A stretch of 36,589 nt of DNA from an uncultured Acidimicrobiaceae bacterium (GTDB lineage Bacteria > Actinomycetota > Acidimicrobiia > Acidimicrobiales > Bog-793): contig CAIVND010000004.1 in NCBI GenBank assembly GCA_903907185.1, positions 1-36,589 on the forward strand. The letters run 5' to 3'. The notes under the pieces were generated by a model. That model saw only the letters and a program-made list of their open reading frames with translations, did no database searches and had not been told where the DNA came from. This document shows positions 17,094 through 25,813 of this stretch, in pieces (positions within the stretch are counted from its first letter, which is position 1; each line of letters begins with the position of its first letter). A program made the position numbers and the translations under genes.

Positions 17094-17471
17094 TTAACGG
17101 ATCTGGTGGGCGCTTCCTTTGTGTGGCTCTCGACGAGATCTCTCCTCTTCAATCTCGCGAATCATCACCTTGCGAACATCGATCAATGCTGCCTCAATCT
17201 CGCGTTCTTGAGAGTGGGCAAGGAGAGGGTGCCAACCCGGCAGCCAAAGTTCGAGGGTGGTTCGCTGGTTTGGGGTATCGCGCTCTTTCACCGAGACACG
17301 AATATCCACCGACTCGGGCCGCCAATGAGCGAGATGGCGGTCGAGCGACGAAAGTACGTCGACGATATGGGGCTGATCGGCTGCATGAAATCCTGGGCCC
17401 AGCCGTAACTGCTCTTGAACAGTGCTGATCTCCTGCTCGATGGTGTTCACCTTGTCAATATCGCTCATCAT
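17094..17471 (-). CDS. Small conserved-looking protein, possibly HPF/RaiA (S30AE)-like ribosome-associated factor
   Basis: The secondary-structure-like pattern resembles the HPF beta-alpha-beta-beta-beta-alpha layout: LRLGPGF..IVDVLSSLDRHL..VDIRVSVKE..RTTLELWLPG..LLAHS..EIEAALIDVRKVMIREIEEER. The family call is from pattern memory only. I moved the start to the MMSD.. ATGs (17471/17468) because the 35 upstream codons are Cys/Arg-rich and look non-coding. Confidence 0.45.
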   Translation of the reverse strand: MMSDIDKVNTIEQEISTVQEQLRLGPGFHAADQPHIVDVLSSLDRHLAHWRPESVDIRVSVKERDTPNQRTTLELWLPGWHPLLAHSQEREIEAALIDVRKVMIREIEEERSRREPHKGSAHQIR

Positions 17472-17745
17472 TGCTCCGATCTGTACAGCTATGCGGCAAC
17501 AATCGAAATGACCAAACGCATCCACTCTTGACGGGCCGAAACTGCAACGACACCGGGCCAGTCCGGGTGCGTACACCCTCCTCTCTCCTCAGGGTATCGC
17601 TCCCTCCTGAGAATCAGCCAATATCGCCACCCACCTCCGCCATGGCTGGCCGAACCAGTGCGAAGGGGTCATTCTTGCCTGGGTGAGCAATCTCAAGCGC
17701 AGGAATAACCCGTGAGCAATAGGCAGATCATCTGGCAATTGTCGA

Positions 17746-18213
17746 TTAGGGCCGAACGATGATGACCACCTGCCAAAGTTGAATTGCATTACAGGTTGCC
17801 TGACCGGGTGCAGGCGGTCCGCAGGCTGGATGCTGTGAGGTCAATCGAACTCGGCCACTACTGACCGCGAGGAAATTTTTTGCGGTAACGCCTCTGCTCA
17901 ACATCAGAGTGAGCGGAGCCACCCGCAAGATCCCTGGCCGAGAGAGCTGTATCGAACTCCATGGAGATCCAGTTCGCTGCCCAGTGCTGAGAAATACTGC
18001 AAGGCGTTCGCCCCGTTTTATACAGATCGTCTTACCATCTTGGCGGTTAGAGATCGACGCGCCATAGCCCGGACCACCACCAGCCGGGACCAGACATGAG
18101 GCAGATGCCTCCGGCTGTGCACTGGTAGATCCGCTCGTAACAACGACAAGCGCCCAGGCAAGGCCAATGACGAGAACACCGCCAATCAAGATTGCAATTT
18201 TCACCCTCGACAT
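17746..18213 (-). CDS. Hypothetical membrane-anchored or secreted protein
   Basis: 155 aa. The N-terminal MSRVKIAILIGGVLVIGLAWALVVV is a TM helix or signal anchor. The mature part has 4 Cys. I recognised no family. Confidence 0.6.
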   Translation of the reverse strand: MSRVKIAILIGGVLVIGLAWALVVVTSGSTSAQPEASASCLVPAGGGPGYGASISNRQDGKTICIKRGERLAVFLSTGQRTGSPWSSIQLSRPGILRVAPLTLMLSRGVTAKNFLAVSSGRVRLTSQHPACGPPAPGQATCNAIQLWQVVIIVRP

Positions 18214-18475
18214 TGGAACCCCCCCCTGTTGGGAGCGTATCGTCGAAGCGCTCGAACTTCCCCGCGGGTGTAGCGCTTACCAGCGAGATCGCTCGATAAC
18301 TTTCCGCTCGACGCCTGAGATCCTCTCCGGTTTACATCGCCCTCGGCATACATGGCCACAACGCAGCCTCTTAGACTGTGCCGAGCCAACTTTTCAGATG
18401 AGGTGCCGACACGTGTCAATGGTTGAGATGAGCGCGCACTTCAGGAGCCTTGAAGTCACCGCTCGCTTTCAACGC

Positions 18476-20029
18476 ATGCGATGGAGCTCGGTGATCGGTG
18501 CACTGCTCGTGCTCGTCGCCGTTGCCTCGGTGAACGTGCACTACCTATTGCAGCCACTTCGACTTCTTGGCCAGACCGAATACGACGATGGAGTGCACTA
18601 CGCAGCGGGCTTCGAATTTGCAAGCGGTGTCATGCCCTACAAAGACTTCTTCTTCAGTCAACCTCCCGGCATCGTCTACCTCATGGTTCCCTTTGCTTGG
18701 ATCGGTAGATGGCTCGGCACCGGTGATGGTCTCGCTGCAGCGCGCATATTCACCGCGTTCATTGTCTGTGCCAATTCGCTGCTGGTCTACCGCGTCGCGC
18801 TCAAGCGCACCTCAGTTGTCCCAGCACTACTCGCGGGAGCTGGGTTGGCCTTCTATCCGTTCGCCGAGCAGGCGACACACACGGTCATGCTGGAGCCGTA
18901 CGTCGTATTTTTTCTTCTCGTCGCAGTGAATCTCGCGTTTGCGACAACGATTCCAACATCAAAGGCGCTCATCCTCGCCGGAGTGAGTTTTGGATTTGGT
19001 ACCGCGGTCAAAGTTTGGGAGATTGTTCCCTTTGGCATCGCCCTCATCATTCTGGCCGTCGTGCTGCGCCAAAGAGCTCTGAAACTTGTCTACGGATACC
19101 TCGCTGGACTACTCGTTCCGATCCTGCCATTTTTAATCCTTGCTCCCTCCGCACTTGTCCATGAAACAATCTTCGACCAGTTCACTCGTGCAACCTCAGG
19201 TGTGGCGGGAACCGGTCCGCGACTGTCGACCATCACGGGACTCGGCGCGTTCTCATGGCTCTCCGGGTCACTGACCGAGCACCTCGTCATCGGTGTCGTG
19301 GCGGTGCTCGCGATTTTGGTGTTTTTTACTCGGCATCTCGCCACAAGGTACGACTACTTCGTCTTTACCGGCGCGATCGCATCGTTGTTGATGTTTTTAA
19401 AATCGCCCGTTTTCTGGCCCCACTACGCATACTTCTCCGCAGCGTTTATCTGCCTGTCTGTCGCGAGTGCAGTCTCGCTCATTGCAAAGAGTGCTTCGGC
19501 ATATCTCCCGAAGATTGCGAACAGGCGACCCACCCTCTACATCACAGCACTTTGTCTGATCGGACTCTTTCTCTTCAGTTCGTATGCGGCAAGATCCACC
19601 ATCCTTGGATCTTCGTTCCCCTACGACCCGTCGGCGATTACCCCGACCATCCCCGCTGGTTCGTGCGTCATTGCGGATCAGGAGGCTGGTCTCGTTGGAT
19701 CCAATCTGCTTGGCACCGAACCAGCCAACTGTCCAGTGGTTATCGATTCGTGGGGTATCAATAATCTCGAACTGAAAAATCTCTCGCAAACGAAGCTCAA
19801 ACTGCAGTGGGAGAAGTACTTCATAAAAGCGAACTATGTGGTGTTAAGTGCCCCACTTGCGCCAAACAACAACAACTCCAATATTCCTAATTCGGACCAC
19901 CTCGCGCATTGGTTCCGTCGCTACTTCAAGCTGGTCCAGATCGATAACCCGTACTACGTCTACCAACATCGACGATCAACGCAGTACTGCGCGAATGAAC
20001 CGCAGCGATCGCTCTCACCTTGCATCTAG
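18476..20029 (+). CDS. Polytopic GT-C-fold glycosyl/mannosyltransferase-like membrane protein (DUF2029/GT87- or PMT_2-like)
   Basis: It has many hydrophobic segments. The first-loop motif YDDGVHYAAGFEFASGVMPYKDFFFSQPPGIVYLMVPF resembles the D..Y...G..PY.DF...PP motif of GT-C mannosyltransferases. The start is uncertain: ATG 18476 (MRWSSV) or ATG 18419. The track start at 18167 overlaps the divergent gene. Confidence 0.6.
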   Translation: MRWSSVIGALLVLVAVASVNVHYLLQPLRLLGQTEYDDGVHYAAGFEFASGVMPYKDFFFSQPPGIVYLMVPFAWIGRWLGTGDGLAAARIFTAFIVCANSLLVYRVALKRTSVVPALLAGAGLAFYPFAEQATHTVMLEPYVVFFLLVAVNLAFATTIPTSKALILAGVSFGFGTAVKVWEIVPFGIALIILAVVLRQRALKLVYGYLAGLLVPILPFLILAPSALVHETIFDQFTRATSGVAGTGPRLSTITGLGAFSWLSGSLTEHLVIGVVAVLAILVFFTRHLATRYDYFVFTGAIASLLMFLKSPVFWPHYAYFSAAFICLSVASAVSLIAKSASAYLPKIANRRPTLYITALCLIGLFLFSSYAARSTILGSSFPYDPSAITPTIPAGSCVIADQEAGLVGSNLLGTEPANCPVVIDSWGINNLELKNLSQTKLKLQWEKYFIKANYVVLSAPLAPNNNNSNIPNSDHLAHWFRRYFKLVQIDNPYYVYQHRRSTQYCANEPQRSLSPCI

Positions 20030-20263
20030 GGCTGAGTTCCCTAGAGACTCGGTTCGTGCGCTCAAGTACCTCGGTGTGGCTAAAAAAATTTGCAGTGTAT
20101 CAAGTTCAATCGCGCGGTGGAGGACGAAATCTCCGACTGCACAATAATTGCATTGCGGACGGATGAATATTTTCGCAGGTGAACAAAATCGCTTCCGAAT
20201 TCAATTCTCAATCATTACGATCTTGCTGCACTGAATATTGAGTACTGCTTTCCAGGGGGATTC

Positions 20264-21412
20264 ATGAACATTATTTCTGCGGACTGTCATCTGGATTTTC
20301 ACTATCTTCCAGGAGACCTGTTTACCTCAAACGCGAGTGGCGCAATGAAAGATCACATGCCACACGTCACCGAGGTCGAAGGTCGGTCAGCGTGGGTCTA
20401 CGAGGGAAAGGTCCTTCGCTTCATCGGTGCCGTCGGAGTGGCCGGTGACAACGCAGCGGTAACCGATACGGTGCGAACGATCCGGACAAGTCGCAAGGAA
20501 AAAACCGGACTCTTCAAGGACGCCCTTGAGGGTCGGTTCCGCCCAGGTGACCCAAAGCTTCGCTTCGCCGATATGGAACTCGATGGAGTTAGCGCCGAGG
20601 TGATCTACGGCATCTTGGGTCTGACTCGACGGGTCAACAATCCCGAGGTCATGGCTGAGGTCTTTCGGATCTACAACGACTTCGTCTACGCAGAGTTTCG
20701 CAAACCCTTCCCTGATCGTTTCGCGCCACTTGCCTGTCTGCCCTTTAACAGCCCTGAAGCAGCGGCCGCGGAACTTCGACGCGCTGCAGATCTGGGATTC
20801 ACGGGTTCGGAGCTTTTGGCCTCCGATTCAATCACTCCCGTATGGGATCGAGACTGGGATCCGGTGTGGGCCGCAGCCGATGAGACAGGGCTGACAATCT
20901 CATTCCACAATCAGGGAACACAGGTTCGAGGAGTACCCGCCGATGATCCACACTTCGCCGAAAACACCCTCGCGCGCAATGCCGTGAATCATGCGGTAAG
21001 TCGGTTTGGTTCAGCGCAGTTCATGGCCTCGATTATCTACTCAGGCGCCTTTGATCGGTACCCAGGATTCCGGTTCGTTCTCGGTGAGTCCAGCATTGGA
21101 TGGATCCCTTATTTTCTCCAGCGCATGGACTACGAGTACGTCGAGGAATCCTCGTTCCACGGCAACCTCCGGATCAAACCAAGCGAGTACTTCAACTCAA
21201 ACGGCTTTGTAACGTTCGAGCGTGACGCCATCGGTGTGAAGCTTGTCGAACTGATCGGTGAAGACAACGTGATGTGGGGCTCAGACTATCCACATCCCGA
21301 CGGCACCTGGCCTGAGTCGCAACGGTTTATCGACGAAGACTTTCGCGATACTCCAGAGCGAATCCGAAACAAGGTGCTCCATGACAACGCGGCAAAACTT
21401 TACGGGCTGTAA
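20264..21412 (+). CDS. Amidohydrolase_2-family metal-dependent hydrolase (ACMSD-like)
   Basis: It contains IISADCHLD at the N-terminus, FHNQG, VMWGSDYPHPDGTWPES and LHDNAAKLYGL at the C-terminus. The RBS GGGGGA lies upstream. Confidence 0.8.
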   Translation: MNIISADCHLDFHYLPGDLFTSNASGAMKDHMPHVTEVEGRSAWVYEGKVLRFIGAVGVAGDNAAVTDTVRTIRTSRKEKTGLFKDALEGRFRPGDPKLRFADMELDGVSAEVIYGILGLTRRVNNPEVMAEVFRIYNDFVYAEFRKPFPDRFAPLACLPFNSPEAAAAELRRAADLGFTGSELLASDSITPVWDRDWDPVWAAADETGLTISFHNQGTQVRGVPADDPHFAENTLARNAVNHAVSRFGSAQFMASIIYSGAFDRYPGFRFVLGESSIGWIPYFLQRMDYEYVEESSFHGNLRIKPSEYFNSNGFVTFERDAIGVKLVELIGEDNVMWGSDYPHPDGTWPESQRFIDEDFRDTPERIRNKVLHDNAAKLYGL

Positions 21413-21509
21413 ATACATTCACGAACGGACAAGACCGAAACGTTTTCGGCGAACGCCGTCGACCAGGTTGCATCAAGACTCATTTTCTAGAGTGTCCTTT
21501 GGGGGGAAC

Positions 21510-22694
21510 ATGTTAAATAAACGGTCCAATTTGAAATCAGCGAGCTCCGAGTCTCATCACTGGCGCGGATCGTCTCGGCGCTCCACACGTCTGGTAACTG
21601 GCGCGATTGGCTTGATCACCTTGTCATCGAGCTTGGGACTCGCCAGCGCCACGGGCGCATCGGCAGCGGCGGTGGCAAAGGCCAAAGCCTGTCATAGCGC
21701 GAACGGCATCAGAGTGACAGATCGTCTCACCTGCAAAGGACTTGCCTTCTATAAGGGCAAGACGTTAAAGGTGATTGTCGCTACTGCTGCTGGAGCGGGT
21801 TTCGATGTCGACACTCGGTTCGTTACCCCTCAACTCGCCGCCTATCTCGGTGTGCAGGTCGTCGTCGCTGACTACCCAGCTGGCGCGTCAATTCCGGGAC
21901 AGAACGCACTTGCATCGAGCCCAGCAGATGGTCTCACCATTGGCCTGTTGAACACTGGAAACGATGTGATCAACATTGCTCTCAGTATTCCAAGTCTCAA
22001 CTTCAACCCTGCCCACGAGGTATTCCTTGGGGGCTGGCCAACAACAACGGGACTGCTCATCGATCACACCAACGATCCCTATACAAGTTTCGCGGCACTA
22101 AAGAATGCAACGACAACGAGCCCGGTGACGATCTGTGAGATCACCAATAACTCGACAAGCATTCAACTCAATCTTGTCCTCAAGGCATTCGGCGTGAACT
22201 ACCGGGCGATCTATGGCTACACCAACAGCGCGAGTGAAGAGACTGGATGGAACCGTGGCGACTGCCAGCTGGTGTTTGTCTCCGACGCTGGACTTGCGCC
22301 ATTTGTGAAGCAGGGAATCGCACGAGCCCTTGCAACCACCGTCGCTGAGCCAAGTACCTTTGTCTATGCGCCCCAGCTCGCTGGCGTTCCTCTGATTAAG
22401 ACCCTGCTCACCCAAGCAACGGGACAGACTGCACTGCAAAAGAAGGCGGGAAAGTACGCCCTGACCGCGCTCAGTGTTCCCGGTACGACATTTGCGGCGC
22501 CAGCTGGTGTGAAGGGAAATCGCTTCAACGCGCTTCGTGCGGCCATGAAGTTCGCTCTCCATAGCCAGATCGTCAAGAACTCGCTGAGTAACCGAGGAGA
22601 GGATCAAGGCTACGTCAGTCCGGAGGCCGCAAAAAATGCGTTCCTTAAGGCTTTAGCCCAGATGGGTCCTGCCGCGCGACTCGCGACCCAGTAG
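21510..22694 (+). CDS. Extracytoplasmic solute-binding protein, Bug/TctC-like (tripartite tricarboxylate transporter receptor family)
   Basis: The N-terminal SSRRSTRLVTGAIGLITLSSSLGLASATGASA is a signal peptide, possibly Tat-type. LKVIVATAAGAGFDVDTRFVTPQLAAYLGVQVVVADYPAGASIPGQNALASSPADGLTIGLL resembles the TctC core (..GG..D...R.......G..vvv.N.pGa.G.......a.pDGyT). I moved the start from 21381 to ATG 21510, after GGGGGG. Confidence 0.6.
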   Translation: MLNKRSNLKSASSESHHWRGSSRRSTRLVTGAIGLITLSSSLGLASATGASAAAVAKAKACHSANGIRVTDRLTCKGLAFYKGKTLKVIVATAAGAGFDVDTRFVTPQLAAYLGVQVVVADYPAGASIPGQNALASSPADGLTIGLLNTGNDVINIALSIPSLNFNPAHEVFLGGWPTTTGLLIDHTNDPYTSFAALKNATTTSPVTICEITNNSTSIQLNLVLKAFGVNYRAIYGYTNSASEETGWNRGDCQLVFVSDAGLAPFVKQGIARALATTVAEPSTFVYAPQLAGVPLIKTLLTQATGQTALQKKAGKYALTALSVPGTTFAAPAGVKGNRFNALRAAMKFALHSQIVKNSLSNRGEDQGYVSPEAAKNAFLKALAQMGPAARLATQ

Positions 22695-22762
22695 CTCATC
22701 TGCACGGACCTTTCGAGAGCGCTCAACTCTTAGCGCATTTGCCTTAGCTGAGATCTCGATCA

Positions 22763-22809
22763 GAACCGCCACCCTCGGCACGCTGGGGGTGTGCTCAGGG
22801 TGGCGGTTC
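22763..22809 (+). terminator. Hairpin terminator candidate after the Bug-like gene
   Basis: The stem gaaccgccaccct (22763-22775) / agggtggcggttc (22797-22809) is a perfect 13 bp, with extra inner pairing gcac/gtgc. There is no T-tract, as is common in high-GC actinobacteria. Confidence 0.6.
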
Positions 22810-22924
22810 CCCCTAACGCGAACGACGAAGTACCCGTTCGGCGATCGATGCCGAGCCAGTGACAGTTCCTGGATGCTCAAGTAGCGTGCATTCGAAAGAA
22901 CTAAGTCAGACGGAGGACGGATCC

Positions 22925-23692
22925 ATGTGGAATAGCTTTTTGACTGACTCTCATGTCAGTGTCCTGGCAGAGATCATTACCTACAAGGGTGGTGACGGAG
23001 ACGAGATCCATGCGTACTTCGCCCACCCAAACGATGACAACGTGCGCGGCGGCATCGTTCTGCTCCATCACAATCCTGGTTGGGATGAGTTCTACCAAGA
23101 GTTTGCGGAACGCCTTGCTCGACACGGCTACAACGTCATCGCGCCAGACCTCTACTGCCGACTTGGCCATGGCACCTCCGATGACGCAACGGCGAAGATG
23201 CGTGTTCTTGGCGGCATCCCCGATGAGCAAGTCGTAAAGGACTCTCGCGCCGCACTCGAGTTCCTCAACGCGCTACCAACAGCAAATGGCAAGACTGTCG
23301 TGATGGGCACCTGCTCCGGAGGACGCGGTGCACTTCTCGTTGCTTCGCTCGTCCCCGAGTTCAACGGAGTCATTGACCTTTGGGGAGGCAATGTCGTAAC
23401 TCCGGAGGACCAGCTGACACCCGATCGTCCGGTTGCAATAATCGACTACACCGAACGCCTCAACATGCCCCTCCTCGGTCTCTTTGGGAACGACGACAAA
23501 GGACCCTCTCCCGAGCAGGTAAATATCCATGAAGACAAGCTCAAGGAACTCGGCAAGGACTACGAGTTCTTTCGCTACGACGGTGCCGGACACGGATTTT
23601 TCTACTATCACACTGAGCGATACCGCTGGGAACAGGCAATGGACGCATGGGAGAAGGTCTTTGCCTTCCTCACGAAGATTCTTGCAAACTGA
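22925..23692 (+). CDS. Dienelactone hydrolase family protein
   Basis: It contains GIVLLHHNPGWDEF, GYNVIAPDLY, MGTCSGGR (nucleophile Cys in G.C.GG) and YDGAGHGF. The ATG at 22925 is preceded by GACGGAGGACGG. Confidence 0.8.
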   Translation: MWNSFLTDSHVSVLAEIITYKGGDGDEIHAYFAHPNDDNVRGGIVLLHHNPGWDEFYQEFAERLARHGYNVIAPDLYCRLGHGTSDDATAKMRVLGGIPDEQVVKDSRAALEFLNALPTANGKTVVMGTCSGGRGALLVASLVPEFNGVIDLWGGNVVTPEDQLTPDRPVAIIDYTERLNMPLLGLFGNDDKGPSPEQVNIHEDKLKELGKDYEFFRYDGAGHGFFYYHTERYRWEQAMDAWEKVFAFLTKILAN

Positions 23693-23731
23693 CAACCCCT
23701 TCTAACTGAGATCTCAAAGAGGAGACAACGT

Positions 23732-23992
23732 ATGTGCACAATGATTGCCTCGACAAAGACCGTTCAAGGATCAGGAAAGGGTGCCACTGGTTGGTTCCCC
23801 GTTACGCAGTCCTCGGTCGGCTACGACCATGCCTCACACTTTCCCGAAGAGCACGCGATGCTGCTCGACTTCGTCAACTACGAACTCGGTACTGATGCAC
23901 GGGTCGCAGTTGAGCTCAACCTCGCAAGTGCCCGAGCGCTTGTTGCCCAGCTCCAGGACGCCATCGAGAGGGCGGAGTTGGCGGGCGTTTAG
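23732..23992 (+). CDS. Small conserved actinobacterial protein (DUF6295-like)
   Basis: MCTMIASTKTVQGSGKGATGWFPVTQSSVGYDHASHFPEEHAMLLDF....ARVAVELNLASARALVAQLQDAI matches my memory of DUF6295 proteins (MCT.....V.GSGKG..GWF......V.FDH..H...EH.L..DF.....G...R.AVEL....A..L). A strong RBS AAGAGGAG is present. Confidence 0.6.
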   Translation: MCTMIASTKTVQGSGKGATGWFPVTQSSVGYDHASHFPEEHAMLLDFVNYELGTDARVAVELNLASARALVAQLQDAIERAELAGV

Positions 23993-24010
23993 CAAGGTGT
24001 AGACGAAATA

Positions 24011-24048
24011 CAGATGCCCCCGTTCACCTTGGTGAACGGGGGCATCTG
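24011..24048. terminator. Perfect 18-bp-stem hairpin between convergent genes (bidirectional terminator candidate)
   Basis: cagatgcccccgttcacc (24011-24028), tt, then ggtgaacgggggcatctg (24031-24048). The arms are exact reverse complements. It lies between the DUF6295 stop (23992) and the htrA-like stop (24130). Confidence 0.75.
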
Positions 24049-24056
24049 TCTCAGTA

Positions 24057-24082
24057 GTGACAGTGCGGGGGGACACTGTCAC
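24057..24082. terminator. Second, weaker hairpin in the same convergent spacer
   Basis: gtgacagtg (24057-24065), loop cgggggga, cactgtcac (24074-24082). Confidence 0.4.
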
Positions 24083-24129
24083 ACGGTCATTCGACAGTGA
24101 CGGTCTCGGTCATGCTCAGATGCGGTCCG

Positions 24130-25614
24130 TCACTTTGCGATGCCGGACAACTTCAGTACGACGTTGTGGGGCACGCCGGTTGCATCGGAATAGGCGAGGT
24201 TGATTGTATTACCGGGGTGTAGTCGTTGAACGATCTTTGTGAGGGCGTCCCAAGTGGCGGTTGCCTTCCCATTGATCGAGGTCACGACGTCGCCAGCTGC
24301 AAGACCCGCCTGTTGAGCGGGACTGCCGGTAGCCACGCCACCGAGCGTCACACCAGCTACCGCTGTCCCCGTATTGCCCGAGTTACCGGTGTTGCCGGTG
24401 TTACCTGAGTTACCGGTGTTGAATCCAAACCCGCCGAGTCCGTTGCTTGACGTCGTCTGCTCGTAGATCCCGAGGTAGGGCGACTCGCCGATAACAATGC
24501 CCTTCGCTGCAACCTTGTTCTGAATGTTGGTGACGATCGTTTTGACTGCGTTGATCGGTATGGCAAAGCCGAGCGTTGCGCCGCCGCCCTGCGCGGAGGA
24601 GGCAGCGGTGTCCATCCCGATGACCTCACCGGAGGCATTCACCAACGGTCCACCCGAATCTCCTGGAGCGATCGGTGCGTCCGTTTGAATCAATCCATAG
24701 AGCGTCTCTGTCGTACTGCCGTTGGAGTCTCCAGCGGTGATTGTGCGATTCAGTGCAGAGATGATGCCGTTCACGACCGAGGGCGAACCGCCAAGTCCAA
24801 GTGCATTGCCGATGGCAACAACGGGCTGGCCAACTTTGACCTGTGAAGAATCCCCGAGGTGCACGTACGGGAGGTTGGAGACACCCTCAATCTGTAGAAG
24901 TGCAACATCGGAGGTCGGTGGTGCATCCGTACCAAGGATGTGCGCCTTAAACAGCCCCGAGTGACCCTGAATTGTTACCTTGATGCTTGTCGCATCGGCG
25001 ATCACGTGGTTGTTCGTCACCACCTCGCCCGACGAGGTAACGATCATCCCGGTACCTGCGGCCTGCTGCACCGAAAGTCCAGTCTGAGTTGCGATCGTGA
25101 CCTGAATATCAACGACAGCGGGTGTCACTGCTGCTGCTACCGAGGTGACAATGTTCGAACCAGATGAAGAGGAGGAAGATACTGGCGGAGTGCCGGTCAC
25201 CGGGAGACTCTGGGTGCCTTGATTGTCATTATTCCCCTGGGTGATCGCTCCAATCGCTGCTCCGGCGCCACCAGCGATAAGTGCAGCAACGCACACCGCG
25301 GCAATGATCTTTCGCCTCGAGGTTGGGCCCTTTATTGGCTCGGGCTCTTGAGGAGACCAACCACTGCCGTCATAGGGAGGGATCCCACCAGCGCCGCCGC
25401 CCAGCGCCGGTCCAATAAGTGGATCGCGTTGGCTCCCAGCTACGGAGGGCATTGAAAGGGGCATGAGTGGCGGAATCTCTCGCGTCAGTGGCGCAGTGTT
25501 GGGCTGTTCCTCGGGAGCGAGCGGCATTGAAAGGGGCATGAGCGGCAGAGGCTGGATCGGCACGGATGATCCCTCCGCTGCCTGATCTTGGTTCTCATTC
25601 ATCTGTTCGTCCAT
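24130..25614 (-). CDS. HtrA/DegP-family trypsin-like serine protease with one PDZ domain, membrane anchored
   Basis: The catalytic triad context is VVTNNHVI (His), SDVALLQI (Asp) and APGDSGGPLVN (Ser). The C-terminal PDZ contains GVATGSPAQQAGLAAGDVVTSINGK. A TM segment IIAAVCVAALIAGGAGAAIGAI follows a Pro-rich cytoplasmic tail. Confidence 0.9.
   Translation of the reverse strand: MDEQMNENQDQAAEGSSVPIQPLPLMPLSMPLAPEEQPNTAPLTREIPPLMPLSMPSVAGSQRDPLIGPALGGGAGGIPPYDGSGWSPQEPEPIKGPTSRRKIIAAVCVAALIAGGAGAAIGAITQGNNDNQGTQSLPVTGTPPVSSSSSSGSNIVTSVAAAVTPAVVDIQVTIATQTGLSVQQAAGTGMIVTSSGEVVTNNHVIADATSIKVTIQGHSGLFKAHILGTDAPPTSDVALLQIEGVSNLPYVHLGDSSQVKVGQPVVAIGNALGLGGSPSVVNGIISALNRTITAGDSNGSTTETLYGLIQTDAPIAPGDSGGPLVNASGEVIGMDTAASSAQGGGATLGFAIPINAVKTIVTNIQNKVAAKGIVIGESPYLGIYEQTTSSNGLGGFGFNTGNSGNTGNTGNSGNTGTAVAGVTLGGVATGSPAQQAGLAAGDVVTSINGKATATWDALTKIVQRLHPGNTINLAYSDATGVPHNVVLKLSGIAK
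24367..24420 (-). repeat. 9-nt x 6 in-frame microsatellite encoding (N-T/S-G)6 in the protease-PDZ linker
   Basis: The minus strand reads AAC ACC GGT AAC TCA GGT AAC ACC GGC AAC ACC GGT AAC TCG GGC AAT ACG GGG, which encodes NTGNSGNTGNTGNSGNTG. Confidence 0.8.
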
Positions 25615-25813
25615 TGCACACTCCCTTAAGAATCATTGGTGCGTTATCACTATGACAAGGCGGTCTTGTGGACTGCTGAGTCCTACCTGTTGACTTCCTG
25701 TGAAAAATTGACCCATTCGGTCTCCGACAACGGTATTGCCTTTCGCTGGTAACTCCCCCTGTCGTCCCCTCAGTTTCGCTGGTTGAGGACGCTGAGAGTT
25801 GCCGCAGATACGC

